Shown here in pieces: positions 38,676-51,571 of a stretch of DNA of 64,000 nucleotides. Location: positions 122,762,001 through 122,826,000 of the forward strand of contig NW_024704742.1 of the NCBI RefSeq assembly GCF_018977255.1, given 5' to 3'. The position numbers and the translations under genes are program-made. The notes beneath the pieces are model-generated. The model saw only the letters and a list, made by a program, of their open reading frames with translations. It was not told the origin of the DNA and did no database searches. Each line of letters begins with the position of its first letter. Positions within the stretch are counted from its first letter, which is position 1. Origin of the DNA: Callorhinchus milii. Lineage: Eukaryota.

Positions 38676-40919
38676 AAACTCATAGTTTAGGCTAGAAACC
38701 GATACTATACTGGGGGAGTGCTGCACTGATGAAATGAGATTCCATTTACGTTAAGTAAACATCAAAGAACGGATTCAGCCTAGTTGGGCCAAATGGCCTG
38801 TTTCTGTGTTGTATCAATCTGTGCCACTTCAAAAAGAAAAGGGATTTTCTGTCCATCTTACACCTCAGGGCTGTAAGTGGAACCTCGCAGTGAACAAAAT
38901 TGCTGCTCCATTTGCTCAGAGAAGGCCACTTCTCTTGAATGCTACATAAACCCATTTTGCACTTGTGAATCCAAGCAGTAAGTACAGGCAGGCTATTAAA
39001 CCGAACGAGACAGCATAGCCAAGATTCCACGCTATTCACCAGATTGTCACCTCAGTATTTAAAAAAATTTAAGGTAAAAAGCCATCCTACTAGCAAAAAT
39101 TCAAAACACAAAATTCATCGCATGGTTTAAAACAAATTGCGGCTATTCTGTTCTCAACAGCTGAAGGTGAAACGTTTCCCCGGATCTTTGAGGGGTATTC
39201 AGGTCCATTAGTACTTAACTTTGAAGTCTGTTTGCCGTAGAGAAACATTTACAGGAAACCAACTTCAAAATTAAATCTGTGTTTACAAATTTGCTAAATT
39301 CTCTGAAATGCGTCATAAACAGAGTAAACTTACATCCAGGTGGAATTTCTCCCCTTTGTTGAGTATTGGATAAAAGGACTCTATATTCTAACCTCACACA
39401 CTCTATGTGCCAGAACAATCGTGCATCATTGAAATAAACTCAGAGCCTAAAATATGTCATATAATAATAAATACTAATCCTTTTATTTAGTATAGTGCCT
39501 TATCATGTTGTGCAGATGTCTCAAAGGCCTTCAGGGGTGTTGCTCTGAAGTGTTAGTGACTGTATATTTGTAGAGGAACTTGGCAGCTCATCTGCACACA
39601 GACATGCCCCACAAACAGCCATGAAGGGAATGACCAATCTTATCTGAGAAATTATTTGTCAGGCTACAAGGAGAAGCACTCTTCTCTTTTCGAACAGATA
39701 TGCCTGGAACACATATATCGAGTACATCCCCCTCAATGCTGTCCAATACATTATTGACAAACACTTCAAATAAGGTTGGTGACAGCCTCACCGTGCCACC
39801 CTTTCAAGAGCAAACGGCTCAACGAGTCTCCAGTAACACTCATACTGATCTTGGAGCTGAACAAACACAATTTTTCAATTGTAAAAGGTTGGCCTGAATC
39901 AGGTTGTAGTGAAGGCGTGGAGCTATGCAGATTGATTGACCTAGCAAAACAATTCTGATTTCAGGGTCAGTGTTAACACCCTCCACCTAGTCTTAGAGTA
40001 ATCTGACAGATTTCATAAAAGCAGAGCAGAAATCCTGCATTTTGGAAGATTTGTTTTAGAGGAAGCGTTAAAGGAAAGAGGGTTTCCTGACAGGTCAGCA
40101 GTGAGCTTGCATTCAGGCACTGGGAAAGTTCAAGCTCAGGAATTCCTCAGAAAACAACACTTGCACCGAGCGAGGAACAATGCTGCGAAAAGTTGCCAAC
40201 ACCCAGGTCACTGAGTGACTGACACCATCAGTCACCATGGGCTCATGATGAAACTGCACGTCCATGGCTGCACCAGTAAGTTAACAGCAGGAAACCACTG
40301 ACGTTCAGCTTGAAGGAAGTAATTCTGAAGCCAAAGTAAATCCTCAATCCTACCTGGCATTGCGATCAGCTTTATCTACAAGTTATCTGTACCCGTTGTT
40401 AGACCGTTACTTGTGAACTATATGAATTTTGTTATTGTAGTCCTAGAAAAGCCTGTTAAATGTTTATTTCTTCTGTTACAATGGTAATGTAACTTCAAAC
40501 CGTCGCTCTTTACATACACAATAATGAGTACTCGGTAAACTTGTGGATTTCAGAGGCCTGGCATTTCTTTGAGGCTTAGCCTTAAAGACCATTATCATAC
40601 AGTATAAGGTGAAGCAGATTTTTCAAAAATACTTAATTGTTTTATTATTAAGAATTTGTTATATCTCTTTTTAGATAGTTTTTTTAATCTATTAACACAT
40701 CTGCTATTGATCTTGCTACCCTATTAGGTATGATTACATAGATTGATTAGTTTCCTTTTAATCCTCAGACAACAGTCATGCGTTCTTTGGAGGTTCCTGC
40801 TCTGTGGGCTGGTACCTCAAGGTTCAGTGGCAGCCTTGATCCAGTTTCAAGTTGAACTATTATGACCAAATCAGGGAAGAGGGGGAGAGGGAGTATAAGG
40901 TGAAGACTGACAGATATTT

Positions 40920-41375
40920 TAATAATAATCCTTGCCTTTGATAATCCTTCATTTGATATAGCTCCTTATCATGTGATATTATTAAGATGTTTGAAAGCCC
41001 TTCTAATGGTTCATTGTAAAATGGAGTGTCTGTGTATTTTGTAGGTGAACATGGCAGTCATTTTCCACACAGCAATGTCGCACAAACAGCTATAAAGTGA
41101 ATGACCAACTTTGTTGGGGAATTGTCATCCAGTACTCTTGGAGAAGCTCATTTCTCTTACCTTGGGATCTTTCACACCTGCCTGAACAGGTAGATGGGAG
41201 CTTGGTGTAGTGTCTCATCTAAAGGACGGCACCTCCAACAATACAGTGCTGGCTCCCCCCAGCACTGCACTGGAACATTAGCCTAGACTTTGAGCTCAAA
41301 GTCCCTGACATGGGACTTGAACCCATAACCTTCAGACTCAAGGCAAGAGTGCTACCAACTGAGCCAGGCTGACAG
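40920..41375 (-). mobile_element. Deu-domain SINE, full length
   Basis: tgtcagcctggctcagttggtagcactc...gggttcaagtccc...gtcctttagatgagac...aaagatccca. Confidence 0.85.
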
Positions 41376-41618
41376 TGTAAGTTATTGGTGTTTTAATATA
41401 AACACCATCTCTCTCCTTTTCTGCTGGTTCATACAATTGTGAGTCTTCTGTTGGCTAAAGGTGTTACTTACACAATCAAATTATTTTCACAACCTGATCA
41501 CTGACACTCATAGTTTCTCATGGAAGGGCAATGATGTTCTTCAAAATTCTGTCACACGAAAGATCCTCTACTATGAAGTAAATCAAACATATAACAGATA
41601 ACATATAACACAACAGGT

Positions 41619-41937
41619 GGAGTCCTGTAGATCAGTGGTTAGAGCACTCGCTTTGCAAGCGAGAGATCTGAGTTCAATTCCAGGCAGGGCGAAACCTTGG
41701 GCAAGTTTCCTTACTCCACACGCCTAATGATAATCCCTCCAAAAACAAAACAATAATAAATTGGACATTTTCAATCTACGACTGTTTGTGGGACATTGCT
41801 CTGCGCAATTTGGCTGCCACGTTCGCCCACAAATATACAGTCAATTCACTCTACAGTATATTCTGTGAAACGCTTTGAGACGTCTAGAAGACGTGAAAGT
41901 GCTATAGCAAATGCAAGGATTATTATTATTATTATTA
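41619..41937 (+). mobile_element. Young tRNA-Ala SINE, full short form
   Basis: Complete head, TAGAA-loop stem, (ATT)n tail. Confidence 0.95.
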
Positions 41938-42180
41938 CATGGTATTTATGAATCGTGCCTTGGGACAAATGTAATTTTGTTGTTGTTGTATTTCTCTCCA
42001 AAAATATGCTTGCTGTATAAAAAAATCATTGAATTCTAGAATGCATCACTGGGAGATTACCTAATAATTCAGACTGCATCACTGACAAACTAAGGCATAA
42101 TCCCCAACATTAATTACACTTTGTTTCACATTCCAGTGGGTGTTACTGGGTGTTAGATCTTCTTTATAGTGTAATTTACA

Positions 42181-42400
42181 CTTTAGCCTCTCTGCCCCCA
42201 CCCTTTGGAACTCCATCCCACAGTCCTTCTGCCTCACCCCCTCACTTGCCTCTTTCACGACCCATCTCAAGGCCCTTCTCTGACCCTTCAGTTACCCCCC
42301 ATCCCTCCTGATCCCAACCACCAGTTCAGGTGCAGAATCCCTGACTGTCCAGCACCTTGGGACGTCCTCCTGACATGAAAGGCGCTATACAAATGTAATA
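42181..42400 (+). mobile_element. L2 LINE 3' end
   Basis: tggaactccatccc..., cagcaccttgggacgtcctcctgacatgaaaggcgct. Confidence 0.85.
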
Positions 42401-43754
42401 TATAAATGTTAATTGTAATTATATTGTAAATCTCTATTATTGAATGGAAATAAACTTTTTTTTACTATATATATTTTAACATAAGGATAGTGGTGTCTAA
42501 ATACATGATACTCACAAACCATATTTGTTGCGTTAATCTCTTTTTTTGTTTGTGAGAATCAAATTGCATACGTCAAATTGAAACCAAAGTTGTCAAAATC
42601 TGAGAAAAGACCAGCGAGTGAAAGGTTGCAGACTTGAAATTAGAGATTCAACTACTATAACTATTTGTAATCCGACTTTCTCTAGCCAGAATTCACAGTT
42701 AACGCAGGGACCCCAGTAAATTAGGTGAACAGTGCAGCCGTTTTGCTCACAGCAATGTCCAAGAAACAGCCATTAAGTGAATGATCATTTTTTTAATAAT
42801 TTCTCGAGAATCCCAACCGAATGAGGCTTCAGCCCCAGAATATCAGCACTTTTAGAATAGATTAATTCTCAGGCATGCTACGTGGGGAACTTGTGGTTAT
42901 GTGATGATAATTCAATCGCGCGGTAAAAATATCACCGAATGATGCACTGAACTGGCAACATCAAAACATTTCACACCCAAATAAACAATTCCTTGCTTCC
43001 CTACGATTTCTTGCACGTACATTTCGTAGGTATATTTAGAAATGTTGAAATGCAGCCAGCATCATTCCCAGTCAAGAACTGAAGGAAATGTAATGTCACA
43101 AGAGAATAAGGGAAGCACAGGTTTAGTCATTTGACTTTCTGCACAAGTGACTGGATCCGATTCTTTTTCTGATATCTATTTACAAACCCACTCGAGCTCT
43201 CCATTGAGCAAACAGGCACATCCACTTGGCTGTAAACAAAGGATGCAGGCTGTAGGCTACTGGAGACCGTTTTTCAATGTTACCTCAGAACCGCAGGCAA
43301 ACCGAGTAGTAAATGAAGTAATGTATTGAGAGATCCTCTTTATAAGGCAGTGTTTGGGAACCACAACACAGTGTGAAATATAATGCAATTAGAAGCCTGA
43401 CACAAACAGCTGATTGATGTGGGTCATTGAAAACCCACCTTATATCAGATGTCGCAGTAAGTCAGTGTTTTAAGAAAACGTTATACGATCCATTATATAC
43501 AGATATTTAAAGCACTGATTGAAAACTAATTGAAATGATTAACTATTCTGAACTTTACATTGTCCAGGAACTGGTTGAACTCATGGCTTGCTGATCCTGA
43601 CCAGAAGGTTGCAAATCCCAGGACTCTAATACAAGGCCTTGGGCCATTTTTCTCAGCCCGTCTCTGCGATAGTCTCTGCGGTTGACTCCATTTGGTTTGC
43701 TTGAATCATGAAGTACCATTGTTAGTGCTTTGCAATTCTACACCGCTAACTTTT

Positions 43755-44650
43755 GGAACTTTTGGAGGACTGTAACCAACTGCAAGCAGACATACACAGA
43801 ATGGTGGAATGGGCTGACATGTGGCAGATGGATTTCAATGTGGATAAGTGTGAGGTGATACACTTAGGTAGGAAAAATGATAGGAGGCAATATAGACTTG
43901 GTAGCTCAATCTTAAGGGGGTGAACGTACAAAGAGATCTGGGTGTCCAAGTAAGCGAATCATTAAAGGTAGCGGGGCAGGTAGATAAGGCAGTAAAACAG
44001 GCATTTGGTGTACTGAGCTTTATTAGTAGGGGTATAGAGTATAGCAGTAGGGAGGTTATGGTTAATCTATACAAAACACTGGTTAGGCCTCAGCTGGAGT
44101 ACTGCGTCCAGTTCTGGGCATCTTACTTCAGGAAGGACATTAAGGTACTGGAAAGGGTGCAGAGGAGATTCACGAAAATGATACCAGGAATGGGGAACCT
44201 TAGCTATGAGGACAGGCTGGAGAAGTTAGGACTTTTCCCATTAGAGCAGAGAAGGTTACGCGGGGACCTGATAGAGGTCTTCAAGATCATGAAAGGTTTC
44301 GACAGGCTAGATAAGGAAAAGCTGTTTTCGCTGGTAAGTGTGTCTGTGACCCGTGGTCACAGTCTTAAGATATCTACCAAAAGAAGCAGAGGGGAGGTTA
44401 GAAGAAATGTTTTCACTCAGCGAGTTGTTCGAATTTGGAATGATCTGCCTGAAAAGGCAGTGAAGTCCGATTCGATAACAGCTTTTAAGAGAGAACTGGA
44501 TAGGTATCTGGGGAAGACGGGTTTGCAGGGTTATGGGGAGAAAGCTGGTGATTGGGGTTAGTGAAAGTGACTTGCTCTGTCAAAGAGCCGGCACAGACTC
44601 GATGGGCCGAATGACCTCCTTCTGTGCTGTAACATTCTATGAATCTATGA
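43755..44650 (+). mobile_element. 5'-truncated CR1 LINE, ORF2 C-terminal part largely open (43920-44561)
   Basis: LYKTLVRPQLEYCVQFW, LERVQRRFTKMIPG, RRLRGDLIEVFKIM, FTQRVVRIWNDLP; tail attctatgaatctatga. Confidence 0.95.
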
Positions 44651-44999
44651 AAAAAACGTCTTCCCTTGACCCTTCCATCTCGCCCATCCCTATCTTTTCA
44701 ACCCACAAAAAAGTCAATCACACTTTACAGTATATCCTGAGAAGTGCTTAGAGACGATATGATAAGGCAATATATCAAATCCAAGGATTGTTATCTTTTA
44801 TCTCTGTCCTCAAGTCCCACCTTAAAACCTACTTCTTTGATCGCATCTATGATCATCTTTCTTTCCTCCTGTCTCCTCTCCCCCTTTTCAGGCTCTGTCC
44901 TCACCACTGTGAAGCACTCCAAGATGTTATTGTATGTGAAGGCCACCATACAACTACAAGTCTTTGTCATTTTTGTTGGTACTCTAGGAGTAGATGGGC

Positions 45000-45310
45000 A
45001 GGCTCACACATGCTTCTTACTGGAAAAAAAACACAGGAACAGTGACCAAACTGGAAAGAAGAACAGAAAACAAGTCCCGAGATCAGAAAATGTTTCTTCA
45101 GAGAGAGTTGTGAAAATGTGTAATGAATTGCATTATCACAGGAACCACAGAGGCTGAATGAATCTGATCGTGTCATTGAGAGGTTAGTAGATCTTGACTT
45201 TTCAATGAGAGGTATGAAGGAGAAAAGGTGGGGAAATGGAATGAAAAGCTCTGCCCTGATCTAATAAACCAGCAGAACAGGCTTGATGGGCTGAATGGTA
45301 TCCTTTTGTA
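45000..45310 (+). mobile_element. Old CR1 3' end
   Basis: ttcttcagagagagttgtgaaaatgtg..., caggcttgatgggctgaatgg. Confidence 0.6.
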
Positions 45311-45606
45311 CTTTGGGTGTCAGTCTGTTTCGGTAGGTAGCACTCCTAGAACTTGAGCTCATTTTCTAGACTGACAGTCCAGAACAGTACTGTGTGAGTC
45401 AGTATTGTGTGAGTATAGCATTGTCAAAGGTTGGGTCCCTTAGGTTAAACTTGTGTGTCTCTCCTCAGGTAAACGTTAAAGATCCCATGACACCGTAGGA
45501 GAAAGGACCATGTGATCTGGCCAGCGATCATTCAGTCATTCACCTCGAGCTGCTTGTGTGGCTTTGCTGTGCGCAAAAAGGAAACTTAATGCGAAATCCT
45601 TTCAGT

Positions 45607-45691
45607 AACCAGAAGTACATCACACAAACTTGTGGGAAGTAAATTTCAGCAGACTGAAGTTCCTACGCACCAATGTGATGTACTTCTGGTT
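45607..45691. repeat. Hairpin with perfect 18-bp inverted repeat
   Basis: aaccagaagtacatcaca (45607-45624) / tgtgatgtacttctggtt (45674-45691). Confidence 0.9.
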
Positions 45692-45760
45692 TCTTTATTA
45701 ATCAATTGCATTTCCTAAACAGATTTAATCTCTGAATTAATACATTGATAATACAATACA

Positions 45761-45982
45761 ATAATAATAATCCCTCCAAAAAAACAAAAAACAATAATAA
45801 AATTGGTCATTTTCAATCTACGACTGTTTGTGGGACATTGCTGTGCACAATTGGCTGCCGCGTTCGCCCACAAATATACAGTCAATTCACTTTACAGTGT
45901 GTTCTGTGAAGCGCTTTGGGACGTCCTCCCGACGTGAAAAGCACTATATCAAATGCAAGGATTATTATTATTATTATTATTA
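45761..45982 (+). mobile_element. Headless young SINE starting at the internal TAATAATAATCC segment
   Basis: Body and tail nearly identical to 58236-58425. Confidence 0.9.
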
Positions 45983-46870
45983 ATGAATCTGTTTAGAAAC
46001 ACTGCAATTTCTAGTCAATTGGGACATTGAGCTCGTAGTCTCGAGGCTGATAGTCCAATGCAACAACAACAACAAAATTGCATTTATAGAGCGCCTTTCA
46101 CGTCAGGAGGATGTGCAATACTGGGGGAGTGCTGCATTGTCAGAGGCATTGGGCTTCAGTCTGCCTATCCAGGAGGATATTAAAGATTCCATGTCACCAT
46201 TTGAAAAGAATAGCAAGTTTCTCCCGATGCCCTGGCCGTCAATATCCCTGATAAAATTGATAATTCACTTCTTGGCTGTTTGTGAGACACGGCTGTGCAA
46301 AAATTGACTGCCGCGTTCACCTACAAATACAGTCACTACATTTTAAAGTAAACTTTGAGACATGTTGACAGTGCTAAGACTATATCAAATGCAAGGATTA
46401 TTATAGTTATTGTAAGTGAAAGATTTTCCGTGAATGTGAATCCACTTTGACCTCAGCACAATGGCTGTGCTTTGAGCTGCTCCATAGCTATTATTGATAT
46501 TTTGGTGCCATTTATCTCAGGTGCTCAGTGTAGTGGAATTCGCTCTCAGCTAAATACACATTTGTAGTGAACAAAGGTAAAGGTTAACTATACTGTAGCC
46601 TCACTGGTTAATTTTTTAAAAATTACCTGATCTGTAATTATGTTTTTGATCTTAGGAGAGTAAAAAAGCTCACCATTAAATAACCTGATCGGTGCTCAAA
46701 GGAAAAGTACCTTTGTAAAATGATACAGTACTTTGAATTCTTAGCGCAGTGCTCTTGAGGTTTAGTCTGTATTGCTGGTCTCCACAGTTAGTTAGTTGTC
46801 CAAGGTCAGATAAAGTGCCTCAGTCTCTCAGACAGACATCTGACAGCGATGGGCTGGAAAAATGAAGATG

Positions 46871-46886
46871 TAGCACCCCCTGCTGG
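46871..46886 (-). promoter_or_regulatory. Candidate CTCF binding site
   Basis: Minus strand CCAGCAGGGGGTGCTA versus core consensus CCACCAGGGGGCGCTA, in non-repetitive DNA. Confidence 0.6.
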
Positions 46887-47256
46887 TGTGAATCTGAACC
46901 AGAGGACACCCAACACATTCCTCATTTATATTATTAATCCTTTAATTTGATATAATAATATAATAATAATCCCTATATTTGATATAGCATTTGACGCATT
47001 TATTAACTTTTCATTTGATGGTTAGCTTTCTACTTTCCAAAGACTAAATGTATGAACATCATCACTCTTTATAGAACTAATTCCTTATTAAGTTAGCTAT
47101 ACCACAGAACAGTGTTTTGGGGGGAGATTGGTCTTACATTTTGAATGCAAAAGCTTTTTCTGATTAAAAAATCTAAATATTTACACCTGCATTCAGGATG
47201 TCACATTGATGGTTCTTCTTTTCTCCAGTTTTTAGGGACTTAGAATGAAAGTAAAA

Positions 47257-48147
47257 ACCCACTAGGCAAGTATAAAGCCAGGCTTGTTTTGGTGCAGGCA
47301 CTGGATGTAATGAGATTGCCTATTAATACACGCAAAAAAGAGGGCAATAGGGCCTATTGACTGAATCCACTTTTATCTATGATTGTTGTATAACGTGAGC
47401 ACGTGAAACAAGGGCTGATTGTGGTTGATATCAACAGATCAGAATAAAAGCAAAAATGATACAGAAGAAAAGACTATGTGTTGTTGTACTCATCCAAATA
47501 TATTTTTAAGTATTTATGGTTTGTGAAGTGAGGAAAATGACCGGTGAAAGAATTGCTCCTTGAATTTTGTCAAGTTCATTTGCGCATTTCCCAGATATTT
47601 AGAGGGGAAACCACAGTTTTCCTTTTGCAGATTTCACCCTCACTAATTTAAAACATCCAGAGCTCAGTGGAGAAACACTGTTTAATACACATTGAAATGA
47701 CAGACATTGAATTTGGGTTATGTAATGCCTTAAATAAGATAATGATGAATTGCTTGTGATTATTAATTAGTTATATTCAACTTCTTAAATGCTACAAATG
47801 CAATTATTTGTGCTATTTATTATTCCTGGGATGGGATTGATTGAATGTAGTGTGGCCTTTACTGATTTATGTAATTCATCACCTTCCAACAGTGCCATCC
47901 ATTTTACTTAATCTCATTACTGCTTTCTGCCACCTTGCTTTGCTTCAATGAGATTGATTTATTTCCCTCTCTTTTCACAATATTGGCTTGACAATTTCTA
48001 TTCCTACAATATCACTGGATACAGATTTTGTCAGATTTCACATAGCTGTACCCACTAGGCAAGTACAAAGCTAGGCTTGTTTTGGTGCAGGCACTGGATG
48101 TAATGAGATTGCAAGCAAGTTATAGGGCCAATTGACTGAATCCACTT
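47257..48147. repeat. Pair of ~100-bp direct repeats (47257-47372 and 48050-48147)
   Basis: cccactaggcaagtayaaagcyaggcttgttttggtgcaggcactggatgtaatgagattgc ... atagggccwattgactgaatccactt. Confidence 0.9.
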
Positions 48148-49132
48148 GAACTTGGGCAATGCAATCATTGGTGGTAAGAAGGTGATTTTCCACAAGATTT
48201 GGCTTTTAAGTTTAGTTTCAGGGATTGAATTGACAATCCCAATCCTGCCATCTGCTACATATATATTCCCAGGATACCCAACAACAAAAATACATTACCC
48301 ACTATTCCAGCAGAAAAAAATAGACACATATTTAGCTCTGTGGGGTGAATTTGGTGGTATTTCAAACAAATTATCACGTTAAAAATGTTATGAAATCCCA
48401 TTATTTTCACTCGTTATCCCTTAGGGATTAAATTCAGTTATCAAATCATTCAGAAAAGAATCTACACTCTCCCCATTACTACCACGTACATCAGTTTTTT
48501 TTGTCAACTGAGTGACTGATACACGCAGAAACCCATCGCCAAGTTTAATAGCAACAAATTTACATTTAATATAACGCCTTTCATGTTGGGAAGACATCCA
48601 TAGGCATCGAGGACGACCAAAAAGCACTGTTTCGACCCATCTTCAATACATTTCTCGAAGTACTGTTTATTAGTTCTGGAGTGCGGAACCTGTTTCAAAA
48701 CAGTATCCGTGTCTGAATGGCCAAGTTGAATTTACACTGATCATTCATCCATAAATGATATATCTCAGCACAGGTCTGTGGGATTTAAAAATAGATGTAA
48801 ATCGAAATATCAAATGCATATCAACACTTTCAGAGGAACTGCTTGCTACTGTGGGAATCAGGCAGAATTGTAAGCATACTGATATCTCCAATGGCAATCT
48901 TAATGTTGTTCCCAGGATATCTGTAATAGGTAATGGTGTTGATGCGAAAACTTCAGCCTATAGCCTCTTCAAAGTTAAATCAGCAATTGTTAAAATCCGT
49001 ATAATGTATATAGGTGGCCGGACCCAGCTGTGCTTCGTATATTTTGTACACATTTGAGTTTGTGTATTGTTATAGCCATATAATGTTATAATTCATCTAA
49101 TGTTGTGCAAATTTACAGGGCCAATTAACATG

Positions 49133-49222
49133 GGAACATAGGAACAGGAGTAGGCCATTCAGCCTCTCAAGCCTGTTCCGCCATTTTATTAGATTATGGC
49201 AGATCTGTACCTTAACTCCAAT
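49133..49222 (-). mobile_element. CR1 3' terminal stub
   Basis: ggctgaatggcctactcctgttcctatgttcc on minus. Confidence 0.8.
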
Positions 49223-50155
49223 TACTTTGTATTCACAGTCTTCACAGATCCACCTTAGTCTTGAGGTAGATCGAATAATGTTATACCCGGGACTGAGTAG
49301 GGCACCTAAATTCGTAATGAAGAGACAGGTGGATGGTCAAGTGAGAACACAGGATGGGTTGCTAGATTGATAGATGGTGGAATGGGAAGTGGGATGGATT
49401 GATGGATAGACTGATGGCCCAATGGAAGCACAGGGCGAGTTGATATAATGCGGATGGTCTAACCGGAAGAGGCTGTTACAGTACAGTATTTTATTTAGCA
49501 CCTATCATGCTGCTATTTTCGTGAATCGAGTTCAAAGATAAAACAGTCAAAATACTTGTTTTTTAAGAAAAATAAAACTGGTTACATTGAAATTAAAATA
49601 AACATTGAATTTTTCTTTAAAAATCTTATTCTTGAAATTGTAAACGCCTTTAGAAAAGTCTGGATGTGATTGTAGGGGAAGTTTCCCTTATTGCTATAGT
49701 ACGTATAATGTTATCATTTTGTCTGATCTGACAGAGTACAACATTAAGCAGACCCTAATGTAATAATGTACTCTAAGCATTCAAATTTATGTTGTGTCTG
49801 GCAAGAGTATTTGTAGCCACTATGTTCCCCACTCTGGAATTCTCTCCCAATGTCTTGCACTCTCCCTACCTTTAAATCCTCTTTAGAAATGTATTGGTTT
49901 TGCCATGCCTGAGGGTAGAGGTTAAATTCCTCCTCCATTCTTGCCTGCTTGGTGATCCCTATCATTCTAGCGAAGTATTTTGAAATGTTTATCTTACATA
50001 AAAGGAGTTATGTGAGTATCAATTGTTACACATACAGTTACGCAGAATAATATTTCAAAGACCCTAATGAAGCATTGAATGAAAAGGCCCTTGGCCCATT
50101 TAATCATACTTTTCCAGATGTGATGAAATGGGCCAAACGGCCTTTTTCACTTTCA

Positions 50156-50400
50156 AACATAAGAACATAAGAAATGCTAGACGATAAAAGCCAAGGTCCA
50201 TCTAGTTCGCCTTCCTCTTCCTAGCAGTTGCATGCACATATGTCCCAAACTACCTATGCACCATAATGTACATAGGTAGCACTTCCTGCTTCAACTGTCT
50301 CCCTAGGTAGCCTGTTCCACAGGTTCACTATTCGCTCAATGAAATAGTGTTTGTGTAGATTCGTTCTGAAACCTCTCTTGTGGTCTTGTCACTTTGCAAT
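50156..50400 (-). mobile_element. Old CR1 3' end
   Basis: (ttcttatg)2 tail; cactatttcattgagcgaatagtgaacctgtggaacaggct (WNRLP-like). Confidence 0.65.
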
Positions 50401-50491
50401 TCTATCGTTCCGTCATTAATCATGCCTTTATGCTTTTTTTAGATGAGAAAATATAGATAAATATATTGAGTGCATATATACATTGTACATT

Positions 50492-50961
50492 GGAGTCCTG
50501 TAATAATAATAATAATAATCCTTGCATTTGATATCGCGCTTTTCACGTCTTCTCGACGTCTCAAAGTGCTTCACAGAATATGCTGTAAAGTGAATTGACC
50601 GTATATTTGTGGGTGAAACGCAGCAGCCAATTGCGCACAGCAGTGTCCCACAAACTTGCCCAAGGTTTTGCCCTGCCTGGAATTGAACTCAGGTCTCTCA
50701 CTTGCAAAGCGAGTGCTCTATCCACTGAGCTACAGGACTCCACTGGTTAAAGCAGTCGCCTTGCAAGCAAGACACCTGGGTTCAATTCCAGGCAGGGCGA
50801 AACCTTGGGCAAGTTTGTGGGACACTGCTGTGCGCAATTGGCTGCTGCGTTTCACCCACAAATATACGGTCAATTCACTTTACAGCATATTCTGTGAAGC
50901 GCTTTAAGACGTCGAGAAGACGTGAAAAGCGCGATATCAAATGCAAGGATTATTATTATTA
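50492..50961. mobile_element. Head-to-head inverted pair of internally deleted young SINEs (palindrome)
   Basis: 50508-50688 versus 50780-50961: about 180 bp with 3 mismatches by my count. Confidence 0.95.
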
Positions 50962-51571
50962 CATTATATATTATATTTACTTTGAAATGCACTATAGCAA
51001 TGTGGCGTGCAATGTGGCAGATCAAATGTTCATTGTGAGGACTTTGCAGCAGAACCAGATCATTCTAGCTGGTTCAGGAAATGAACAGGGTGATACTCCA
51101 TATCAGCAGATATGTCAGATACATTTATGTCAGATACATAGCAAGTTACAGGAACAGAAAATACCTTTTCTGTCTATATGGCCAGTCCCAAATTAAAAAA
51201 TATAACATTCCAAAACTGATCTTTATTCTGTCTTCCGTAACCCTCAACAGAATTTTTCATTAATTTGGCCCCTCTTGAGTTTGTTGACATAATCTGTCTC
51301 CAATACCCCACCGGGTTGTCCACTCCATTGTAAAACAATAACAGGGCTAACTAAAGAACAGAGAACATAGAATAAAGAAAGAGGTTTGAAATGAGGGAAG
51401 TTCACTTGTTGAAGCAAGGATCATCCTGTGCAATTAAATGCTTGTTTAACCTTCAGCAAATCTCTCAAATTATTGGTATTATGGCAAAAGTTCATTTTTT
51501 GTAAATTGAATATAAGTTTAATATTCATTTGACCTAATTCCAGATTTTTAAAAAAGGCACCAGGCTGAAGC

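Noticed and set aside
40116..40270. 50-codon minus ORF with GCCATGG Kozak (MDVQFHHEPM...)
   Set aside because: Length within chance expectation and no recognisable motif
43920..44561. 213-aa ORF (and the 254/257-aa ORFs at 17706 and 13371) as genes
   Set aside because: All are CR1 or L2 ORF2 remnants of truncated copies
48774..48875. WSC-like peptide GTACYCGNQ before a GTAAGC donor
   Set aside because: Other WSC cysteines and partner exons not found
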